DNA from: Acanthaster planci
Lineage: Eukaryota
Reading direction: 5' to 3'
Length of the DNA stretch: 63,944 nucleotides
NCBI RefSeq assembly: GCF_001949145.1
Contig: NW_019091357.1
Coordinates: 810,671 to 874,614 of the forward strand
Part shown: in pieces, positions 12,631 to 24,600 of the stretch
How the letters are laid out: every line of letters starts with the position of its first letter
How positions within the stretch are numbered: position 1 is the stretch's first letter
Program-made: the position numbers and the translations under genes
The notes under the pieces: generated by a model
What the model was told of the DNA's origin: nothing
Seen by the model: the letters and a program-made list of their open reading frames with translations, nothing else
Databases searched by the model: none

Positions 12631-15600
12631 GTAAGTATTGCGCCTTTTTTTCTCTGGACCCAAACCGTCTGCTCAACCGTGTCAGTCATGTGAATGTGTG
12701 AAACCCATTTGTTTGTACGTAGGGCCTAATCGTGATGATTGATAATGATATACTCAACTCAACGGTCACTGTACATTGCTTTGGAGGGCCTATTCTGTAA
12801 AATATCTGGACTACTGTCAGTTGACTTTATCTGTCCTTAGAGAGTGCACTGCCTTCGTTATCAACTAATAATTTACAGACAGTCATTACTGACATGATGG
12901 ACATGCAGACTTGGTCAGAGACAAGACAATGTGACACTGTGTATGACTACTGACAGAATGCAAAAGATTCTCTGTGATTTGGGAAAGATTCAGTAAGAGT
13001 TCCCATCAGCATCTGGAATGTCTGGTCAGCATGTTCATGTTGAATTCGCAGTCAAACATAACAACAAACATAAGTTCTACCCCTCCATGTATTTTCGTGA
13101 AACTGTCAAAGATAAGTCCACACAGCTGGGCAAAAACCGACATTGCCTGTGAAAAGTTGGAGTTACAGTACAGGTCAGAATTTTAGCCGACACGCTAACA
13201 TGATCAGTGAACCTGACATGCTGTTCAATATACGCTTTGCGGTTTTTAACGTGCATTGCTAGTCCAATGTACGATAAGCCTGACCCCAGACCTCATTATC
13301 TCGGCAGGGCTTGTGACCGCAGACCGCAAAGGTGGCCGACAACGTGTAGTGAACCACTGCGCATGCAGGGCCGTTGCTCCAGCTTCGTGCATGGGTGTNN
13401 NNNNNNNNNNNNNNNNNNNNNNNNNNNNNNNNNNNNNNNNNNNNNNNNNNNNNNNNNNNNNNNNNNNNNNNNNNNNNNNNNNNNNNNNNNNNNNNNNNNN
13501 NNNTTCAACAAGGGCCTGGCTGTTCTGGGGTTTGCGTGTAGCGTGTGCAAGTTTATACTCGGCAGATCAGATTGCGGTGTCGGCGTTCTCTGTTATGCAG
13601 GGGTCAGCGTGTTTTGTGTTCGCGGTTACTTCCTTCCATGTCTGTTTGACTTGATACACGCTGACACACTAAGTGTGTCTGCGTGTCGGCTAAAATTCTG
13701 ACCTGTATCGTAGGTCACAACTCATAACTCATAAAACTGTTGCTAGGCCAAACGTTACTTATAAAACTCAAGAATCGCAGTGGACAGATTTGTTCCTCTC
13801 CCCACAGGTAGGCCAAGCAGAAAACCTGAAAGTCTGTGTTAAGATGCGTGTGCCTGTTGCAAAATGTGCAGTAGGCCTATTGTCCTTTACCCTAACAGTC
13901 CCAAATCCTCCAATTTCAATACGATTTTACATACCACCTTGGGGGTTAGGGTTTTAACGTATTCACAACTCCAAAACTAACAATATCAGTTGGTTTTTAA
14001 CCAAATTTGCAAATTTTGTGCCTTGTTGCTGAACATATGCATGGTATGTCCTATTGTTTTTCAGAATAATTTCTTCATTTGATAACTGATGAATTTTCAG
14101 GTAAAAAAAATTAAATCTTACACGTAGGTACGATAGAAATTGTTGTTGCAAAGTAGCTGTAGGCTACGGGGTCGATATCGTCAAGATCAAGATATGCCAA
14201 TAGGGTTGGAATCAAAAGTACAACTGTTAGTATGTTGATGCATAAACTGCTGCAGGGTATAATGCAGATGGTCTCATGTTAAATCATTCACCTGTGTGCT
14301 TATAATCGGTACATTCAGATTTGTGAATCTGGTATTTTGATGAATGTTTTAATACTGTGCAGTGAGAACTGATTTTATGAGGTGACAGATGCTGCCTTTA
14401 CCTGTATTACATAAATGTGAGATATCATTCTCATCTATACAATACCTCAATAAACCCTTGTAAATGTCCCATACTTTGTCATATAAGTAAGAACTTATTT
14501 ACTTCAGAATTAGTGCTGCAACTGAGGTTTCCTGTGTGCCCTGCAAATTTCTACTAATTATCTCACAGAACATTCAACTTTCTCTGCTTTACTTATCAGG
14601 GTCACAGATGAGTTCAAAAATTTCTTCATCTGTTTGAATAAGGCATGGTAGTTTTTATTCATGGTCTGCCATTCTTTGGGAAAAGCCTAGTGGAAAAGTC
14701 CTGTAGATAAAGTGTGACCACACAGGGTTCGCACACCTCCTGGAAAACCTGGAAAATCCTGGAATTTTATGCCCATCCTAGAAAGTCTGGAATATGCTTA
14801 ATTTTCAAAAGAAGTCATGGAAATTCCAGGATATTGCAGTAATGATTAAAAACTTTAAAATGAGACAAAAATGATCTTATAAACTGTGACCGAAAATTTA
14901 CCGCGGGCAATCCGTCCCCATGTACATTGTTGCTATTGTGTGGTGCAATGTATATTATTCACCATGCGTGGTCTATACAATCGAAGACACTCCCGCGCTG
15001 CACGTAACGCTGTGAGTGAGATAATATTTAGATGGTGCCCACAATTGATTCTTTCTATTTTGCATGCGTGGGTCACCAAGGATATCATTACTAAACTTTC
15101 TTGTCAAATTTTACCTTCGTTTTTTCTAGCTCCATGGTAAAGTATCTGTTGTGGATATAATTATGAAATTATTCTCTTTTAAATTGATGTACTTTATTTA
15201 GTACGCAATTAAATATTTCCAGTCATTATAACCTAATAAAGCTCAGTGTAAAAGTAAAACTTGTGACTGTGTCGAACCTTTTTCTTTAGCGTTGCATGGA
15301 CTAGGGAAAGTTTATTTTGTATGATGTCACTGTCAGAAAACTTGCCACGTCTTTGTCGCTGTGCTGCTCGATTTCTACACGTTGTTATGTTATAACTTCA
15401 CAATCTTTTATCGTATGGTCATGATGGTATTCATTGATTTAGTCAGGTTGGACACGCAATACAAGATGTATTCCAACCTGACTTGAGTCCTTGAAAAATC
15501 AAACTTGTGACCTTGAACATTCTGGAAAAGTCCTGGAATATTCTTTTCACAAGGATGTATGACCCCTGCCACACTTGAATACCACAGTGTACGTACATGT

Positions 15601-18600
15601 ACCAATAGTGTGGGGGCTAGATACTCTGTCTTGGGTAATGACGGTAGAATGTCTATTTTTTGGCATCCTGGCTGTGCTTAATGTGTTATGTTATATCATT
15701 AATGACAAGTGAGCAACAATCTACAGTACATGTACAAACATGTATGACGAGGATTCAGGTGTTGTTTAAAGGGTGTGATCACTACATGTAATACAATGTA
15801 CATGTACATGTCATTTTGGGAGATACATGTAATAATCACTAAAACTTCACTATGTTCAATGCAGCAGGCCTGAAACTCAGCACTGCTGCTGCTGCTATTT
15901 CAACTGTGACAGATGTACATTGTACATGTACCGTTACAGCTCAGTTAGTGATACCTTTTTTAAACATGCCGGAATTAGAATTCTTCCACATCAGAGAGGT
16001 ACCTTTTGACTGTAACCAAAACTTTTTTATGCTGGGTATTCATTTCAGAAACGTGATACAGTGAGAAAGGTCTCATTTGTTGCATGTTATTGCATTGGTA
16101 TGACAAGCTTCTCAATTTTGCCAAGGCAAACTTCTTAACTTACGGTACATGTATGGATGTGACATAATGACAAGGGTTTTACAGCACATCTGGGATGTTG
16201 CAGGGCTGGGATACTCACCAATCTTACCAAATCCCAGCAAATCAAAGGCTAATTTATTGATAGACACAAGATGAAATACATGTAGCTTTTGTTGGGGAAT
16301 GGTCTGCTGAGTTGCCATGAGTGAGTGCTAAACACTTTTACTCTTGTAGGGGACTGGATGTGCATCTTGGACAAGTTTAAAACATTTTTGTGAGGGATTA
16401 AATGTACAAATAATTATATAGCACTCAATACTCCTCGGCCTGTACCCCTTGAGAGCTTGCCTTGTTCCGTCACACACCTTGCGGTAGACTCTTTCCCTAA
16501 ATAGTTTGTAGAACTCATTGTGAATTTATTCGGATATATTGTTTTGTACACTCACATGACAAGAGCATTGTATTCTTGTGATCGTAATCATAATCAATCT
16601 GTGAATTAGTTTAGAGACATTGGAGTCCAGTTCGTTGGGTTGTGATGGGCCTGGTCTAAAGCGAGAGTCTTTGCTATTTCTATGTTCCCTTTGTCTGATG
16701 ACGTTGTTGCATTTAAATGAGCTTTTTATGTAGGACTGAGTCAATTTGAATAATTCACTTTTCGAATATTCAATCTTCAATTTCGGATAGCCAGATATTC
16801 GGTCACACCAACAAACCATTTACAAAATCATTTGCAAAAATGCATTCAATGGTACATTGTAATCACTATAACAGCTCACTTCTAGGACTATCTCCAGCCA
16901 TGATTAAGCAAGATTAAAGAGAAGAACAATACATGTCCTTGTCCTTCTTGCCTTGTTGAATGTTTCTATTCCTTTTAAATTTTTTAATGAATTAAGTTTT
17001 TACATTGTAGGACGTATTATTCTGTTGCTTTTCATTTCAATCTGCTTTGGAATAAACTTCCATTTTGCGATTTTTCTCATTTAATTAAAACAAAAAAATT
17101 TTCCCTTTTCATTAATTTTGCATTTGAATATTCGAGTTTAGAAAATAGTATTCGAATATATATTCGATAATCGATCGAATCAGCCCCTTTTTTTGTGTTG
17201 AGGTGGCAGTGTGGAGTTGTATGGTCTCCATATCTTTACCCAAAGTGTGCACAATATGGGCCCGATGGGTACCCCCCACATGTCAAATTCCTATACACAC
17301 ACAAGACTACACACAGAATTTCGTCTCTTTGCTTTGTGTGACTTCTCATGGTCAACATTAAACCACAGCTGTATCAGCTAAATGTCTGCTTGTAATTAAA
17401 TCCTTTTGAGGACCTCATGCAGAAAAGTCAGGTTGGTGTAGTGGCTCTTTCCTCACCTTCCACCTCTGCGAACCCGGGTTCGAATCCCACCGACTGGTAG
17501 GCCTGCATGTGGATTGGGTTTTTCAGTTCCTGCCTGATTCTGTGGGTTTCCTCGGAATATGTATCCTGGGTTTTCCTTCCATGTCTAAAACTGAACATCT
17601 TTTCGTCGTCTTTTTAACTGTCACTTCCTTGTGTAATTGTGACTTCCTTCTGTAATTGGTGCTAAATGCGCTGTTGGATGAACATGTACATAGATAAATA
17701 AGAGAGTCTTGTGCAACAGACAGTAAGGGTAGTGAATGCCAATTAAAATTGAATTGGATTATTCATTGTTATTGTTAAATCCTAGTACAAGTCCAGTTGT
17801 TGGGAGCTTCTGGAATTCTGGGCAGGGGTCACAAAAATAGGAGGTCAACCCCCAAGAGGGAAAATGTAGAAACACTGTTCACCGCTCTGGCTTTGTAGGT
17901 CAAAGGTCATCAGTCAAAAAGATTTGATGACATTAACACTGATTTACTAAAAAAAAAAAGGGAAAATTACCCTATGAACTGTGTCTCTTCAGCCTGAGGT
18001 CAAACTTCAACAAGTCACCATAGTTGAGTAAATAAATCGGGCCAACATTGGTTTGATTTTATTTAGATCCACCGCACATGTGTAGATATACAGTGTATGT
18101 ACATGGATTTGGATAGTTTATTTGTGTTGGCAAGGAATTCTGGACATTTTTTGTACATGTTCTCTTCAAGAGCAAGCACTGCTTCAGTCAGCTACTGCTC
18201 GTGTATGGTAGGCTGTTGGCTGGATGTTTCCTTGTCCGTGTACTCTGCCTGTTGATGCTTTCCAACCCTGTGTCCAGTGACTGTAAAAATTCAGGAAGGT
18301 GTGTCCAAGTAGGCAGTACTTTGTCACTCAATGGCCAGAGCCAGTCAGGTCAGTCTTGCTTGACCTGTTGTCGATGAGTGATGACATACAAAGGCATGCT
18401 TTATGAGGATAGCATGAACTTTGATTTCTCCTGCAAGCTGCTTCTCACCGGCGATTCTTCAGTTGGAAAGTCTTGCTTGCTTTTCAGATTTTGCAGTGAC
18501 TACTTTGAGTCATCATTCATTCCATCAATCGGTAAGTTTGACCTTGAAGTGGTTGTTCCTGGTATGCTTGCAAGGCAGTTGCAGATCACCTCAATGAGGC

Positions 18601-21600
18601 TTCATCTAAAGCTGATTAAAAGAGGGTCAATTCATGTCATTGATCTCTGAATCTGAGAAGTGGTATTGTTACCAGCAACTTGTCTCCTCTGTGATACTGA
18701 AGAAGGCAGAATATCATAGTGAATAAGGAAGAAAAAAATGAGAGAAAATAAAAGTAATAAACATTTGGATACAATACGGAGGTTGGGATGCATGTAGAAT
18801 GGAGCATAATAAGCAGTATTTGAAGCGTCTTTTTCTTTTATTTCTTGCCCTCCATGCATCTCATCGTGGTACTTCCTGGTACATTGTACATGTACCAGAA
18901 CGATAGCTGGCCAAACGCATGTACACCAGCATCACTGGTAACATGGCAGTACTGCAGGGATTTGTATTTCATTAGGAACGGGAACCAGCAGAGCCTAAGT
19001 CAACATGTAGAAATGCACAGACTGCTGCCGAGGATGCGTTGGGGACTGTTCAGTATGAGACACCTTGTCACGTACGTGTAAGACATAAGTCCATGTTGCC
19101 AGCATTGCAATGTGTGTAGATTGCTACACACCGTTTGGCTCTAACTGCCTGCACGATGATCACAGATGGGTACATAGGTAAGCTGTCTCATGAATTATGC
19201 ATAAATCTTCAAGGTCATTACCCCTCTTCCACCATCCAAGGTCATTTCTTGGATTTTTTGGAATAGGGGAATAAATTTGAGCTCGGCCAGTCTTAAACCT
19301 TTGTCCATTCTCCGTATCCGGTCTTACACAAAGCACTTGTTTCAGAGTGGTCAAACACACATTTACATGTACATTGTATTCCAATGCATAGATATTTTGA
19401 GTCCGTGGTCAAAACAAAAAATGTATAAATTCCAATGATTTTGTTCAAGAATTTTACTTCATTTTTTTGAACAACACTCTAGCCATGTTATGGGATGCTC
19501 CTCTCTCACGTAGAACAAAACACTCCATTTATATCATGTACATGGGAGATTGGCATGTGCACTGCATGAGGTGGTGCACGTCATGTGATGGGGTCTCAAC
19601 CAATAGGAATGTCTTTATTTATATCTGTTCATCCGACAGCACATTTAGTGCCAGATACAGGGTGAAGTGATCATTAAGAAGACAATCATGAAATGTTCCG
19701 TTTTAGAGGTGGGAGGAAAACCCAGGATGAATATTCCATAGAAAACCCACAGAGTCAGGCAGGGACTGAAAACCTACTCCACATGCTGACCAAGGTGGGA
19801 TTTGAACCTGGGTCACAGAGATGGAAGGCGAAGAAAGAGCCACTACATATACACCAACCTGACTCCCCTAAACTGCTAAACTGTATGATATATTAACCCT
19901 AACAGTCCTCAATCCTCCAACAGGTGAAGGATTGAGGACTGTTAGGGTTAATGATTTTTAGAACACCTAAATGATTGTATCTTGCATACATGTACATGTA
20001 AATCCGTGCCCTAAACGGACAGAAATTACAGTTGCCATTTGGGGTGTGCCTTCTATCCTCTAAACTTTTATGGCAGGGAGAAGTGAGCTTTAGCACGTGA
20101 GGTGGAACCTAAACCCATTTGTTCTGGATTTTGATTACCATTAGGCAAGGCCATGTAGACCTCGGTGTTGTTGCATGATCCATCATTAGCACACATTGTT
20201 ATTTGGTGCTACAATATCATGCAACCTTCAGAATAGTCCATGAAATACATTAATATTGCTATGACGCAGAGTAAACATCTAAGTCTCTCTCAAATGACCT
20301 CACATTCTACAGATTGCCATGGGAATGGGCTTTTTTACATCGATTTTCTACAGATTGCCATGGGAATGGGCTTTTTTACATCGATTTTCTACAGATTGCC
20401 ATGGGAATGGGCTTTTTTTACTTCGATTTTCTACAAATTGCTATGGGAATCAGCTTTTTTTTACATCGATTTTCTACAGATTGCCATGGGAATGGGCTTT
20501 TTTTACATCAATTTTCTACAGATTGCCATGGGAATTGGGCTTTTTTTTACTTCGATTTTCTACAGATTGCCATGGGAATGGGCTTTTTTTACGTCGATTT
20601 CCATGACATGCATCGGCTGTGCCGTACTTCGAACATATTTTGATCAGCCCATGGATGAGTTTAGAACATTTGGCACACTGCGAGCACACACACCTGTTTG
20701 CATTATATACGCAGTTGGAATTTGCCTCCAAAGATGGCGTCCAGTGAGAAAGGTACATACATGTACAGTGTACATGAACTTGGCAGACTGGAAACATACA
20801 TTCACATATATGTACCGGATACTTAACCAACACCACGGTACATGTACGTGTACATGTAACCTTGATTCAGGTTGTATTATGATACGGAGTCAAGGTACAT
20901 GTCGTGTCGTGTCGTGTTTTGAATTGCGTCCGAATTCAGCGTCTGGGACACATTCTCATCCAGCCAATTGCAACTACAATGTATATGATGTCAAAGGAAC
21001 GTTGTTTGTGATAACAAAATGTAATCAGTCTCTTTTGTGTGCAGGTGTGGTTCTCATAAGAACCTGGGGCTTGACGTTTTGAACAGCTTGCTCTGTTCGT
21101 CTTAACGAGATGTTGCACACTGAACTAACGAATCGTAGTAACTGCGAGCAAATATGTGTCAATGTGTACCCGCACTTTGTCAAATTAAAAATGAGCTGCT
21201 GGGAGTAATTTGTAAAAATGTATCGGTTGAAATGGCATTCTATCGTTATTTTTCTCCAACATCTCAGGTTGCCAAAAAGAATAATTTCTCAGAGAGTTAA
21301 AAGCGCTGTAACTTTCTCCACAGTAGTTTTGTCACTAAATTTTTGGATCGCTGTAAATAATGAACTATACATGTACCCGTACCTTTAATCTTAACCAACA
21401 AGATTCCATGTGATGTACACGTACACTAAACCTTGGGTTATGGTTGATCCCAACCTGTGATAAACCAATTGTACTGAAGCATGTGCCATGAGTCATGTGA
21501 TATGAAGTACTGTACTGCTTTAGCAGAATTATACTCTTGTATTATGACAAACTCATAAACACAAGATTGAATATACATGTACGTGTAGCTTAGCCACGAG

Positions 21601-24600
21601 CGTACTAAGAGTCCAAACTTCAGCAAGTGACCCCTCTATCTCAGTCAGCACCACTGTGTGATAATACATGTGTGTCTAACTGTATAACGGATTTTCCCTT
21701 GGCCAAAACTGTCTGAGTGCTTTGTCAGTATCAAGTAAATATGCAAGTACCTGCTTTGCAAACCCATAGTGGATTGTTCTGTAACAAGTGTACATTGGAC
21801 TGTGTCATTGTGCACGCACTCATATCAAAATGTGTTATATTTTTATACATTTGCACACTGCTTTATGAGTCTAGGTTTCATAGTGTCAAAACTGCCTCAG
21901 TTACATGTGTACACACTTTTGTTGTTTTTGTTTCATTCTAGAAACAGAAAGGTCATTCAGAATGAAACTGCCTTGTAACTGTCTTTGTTCTAGAGCTTGA
22001 AATAAAAAGCAAACCCTTTTTAGTGCACACACTGCCTATCAGTTGGCTGTTTTTAGCCTGTACATATTAGCTTTGCTTGTTGGATGTTTGGTTTCTCCAA
22101 TTATGTCCGGCCGAACCTATGACTGGCTGTTTCAGTTGATTTTAATCGGCGATTCAGGAGTCGGCAAGACCTGCGTTCTGTTGAGATTTGTCAATGATGA
22201 ATTCAAAACTTCCTACATATCAACAATCGGTAAGTTTGGTATAAATCGACACCAACAAATGTGTACATTGTCAACTGTCCTGCGTCATGTTGGTTGTTAT
22301 TCATCAGTATCTGTGTTTGTAGTCACAAATTCTGCACATACAAATATTATTGTAGCTATTATAGGAAAAACAAATCACAAAATCCCATTTTTGAAGACAT
22401 TTTGCCCTCTCCAAATAGAACAGGCCATAACATATTTTGGAATTGCGTGACTTATTGCCCCATTTTTGTCAGCGAGTCACATATCTAATTTGATGGATGT
22501 ATTACCCATTGATACCTGTACGTGTGTAGCTGTACTGTACATGACAAGATCTCAATGTGCAAAGAGATACATTTTAATTCACATATGTACATGTACATGT
22601 ATGTAGGGGTGGTGTTCATGACAAACACTGAAGAGAAATGATTATTTCTTACCTCCTCTGACCATCGCCCTGGTTGGAAAATGAGAAAAGTGTGCATATA
22701 CATGACAGTATGGGGACTCGTGTGTTTCGGGCATATGAACTTGCCAACATAATACCCATTGGTATAAGGAAGTTCTCATCAACTTGTCATTTGGCAACCC
22801 ATTGAGGAAAAGCTAGAGTGACATGTACCACTGAAGACTCGGAGATAAGAGGAAAGCCGTTCTGAAGAGACTGCTATTATTTCATTTTTTTTTTGGCAAT
22901 AGATGCATGTGTCCATCCTCCACACTACTGGTTGCTGGCCAGTTGCCAATGATAAACATCAAATAAAAGGCCAATCGTAAATGTCTTCTTGAAGCTCCAG
23001 TTGGACAGTCACAATGTGAAACAAATTGGAGAGTGTAACGGTTACATTTCAAAGTGTACCCACAGTGCCCCTCCTGCGCCCTTCAAAATCCTCCAGGAGA
23101 GTTTGGAGGAATTTGTAGCATTACAAAAGATAGATCCTGGCCACTGGTTGTGATTTGATGCCCCAGGAAAGTTGCAGTGTGCTAATGACTTCTGACAGTT
23201 CACCGGGGAAGAATACAAGAGGGTTAAAGAAGGGAATAGGGCCATCCAGATCCGAAAATAATCACATTTTTCCTTCTGTAATTAATGTTGATAGAGGAGG
23301 GGCTGTTTTTTCCTGAAAATCTCCATGTACATTGATCTCATGATCTAACGTGAATCGATCTGTCACAGAAAGTGGCAAGAGGTTTAAATGAGATTTCTGG
23401 CTCACTGAGTACAGAATAACACTGGTCTTGATGATTGAATACCCTAACCTGACATTGGTACAAGCCCAGCATAAGAACCACCTGTCAGTAGAAGGAATTG
23501 GCGAATTCAGTCCGAAAATACTGCACTAAACTACCCGGTAGGTATGTTGATAGACCTGAAGGCAGTGTCTTAGTCATGATAGAGATCGCAGAATCAATGA
23601 AATTTCTTTTAGCAGTCACTGGAAATAAATACATCATGTACATGTACACAGAGCATGTTGGTCATGCACATTACAGGGCATGCAAGACCATGATTATGCC
23701 AAAAGGAAAAAAATCTGTTATCAGAAGCATACTACGGCATGTGTTAAAGTACATATAATGTAGGTAATGTACATAAAAGCTTCCTTCATGAATTTGTGTC
23801 GTCGACAGCGGTAGCCATATGCTTGTGCATACATGTACATGTACAATGCTGTGTGATCACATGGTTTCCCCTTCCGATTTGGTTGCTACATGTATATCTA
23901 TTAATATTATAATGCGTAGGAAGGATTTTGAAAGCACGGTTCATTCTTTGCTATTTCTGCTTCCAGGCTTCTCTTTCAGTATCCTTTCAAAGCTTTTCAT
24001 TTTGGAGTTTTGGTCTTGTGCTCCATTTAGTCCAGTTTGTTCAAGGAAACACGGACGTGTTTCAGATTTCAGAATCTATTGCCGATTTGTCATCAATGGA
24101 AACTTCTACCACAGAGCTGTCCACTTCTGTATTGGTTGCCAGTGCTGCATTTGTTCTGCAGGCACTTGCCAAAAGCCCTCAAATGAGTTATAAAATTCAA
24201 GTTTGAATGCCAAGTTCAGACCATCGTAATGTTTGTGTGTATATCGGTACACACAGCACTGTTTGAATACTTCAGAGGTCTGATTTGTGGACAGGGTTGG
24301 TTTGTTTGTCCTTTCAAGATGCTGGCTTTGGATATTACCAACTGTCTGTGTGGACGCCATGTATTAGGCAAGTACGTGTATCAAACATGATGCTTGCTTC
24401 ACATTGTCTAGAAACAAGAACCCCCATGCCAAAAACGAATGGTAGACCCCACTTGAAAATGGTAATACCCCATAACCTTCTAGTTCTAGTTCTTTTCTCA
24501 GTTGGGACTTAAAAAGAGTTTGTTTCCAAATACTTGACTGCATTCACTCTGGCTATTGGCATTGTATTCCTATCCTTTATACATACAGCATGCCCCACTC

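Noticed and set aside
19120..19183. ATA G|gtaagc donor resembling a sixth variable-exon end
   Set aside because: The upstream frame (..TMITDGYIG) has no P-loop and hits a stop within ~20 codons.
20240..21082. 280-aa ORF and overlapping ORFs
   Set aside because: They are produced by the 41-bp minisatellite plus low-information intronic sequence, with no recognisable domain.
22043..22102. Signal-peptide-like hydrophobic stretch ([20 protein letters not shown]) in frame before exon 1c
   Set aside because: There is no ATG between it and the upstream in-frame TGA (21998). T-rich sequence readily gives hydrophobic codons, and ATG 22103 reproduces the 127-nt length of exon 1a.
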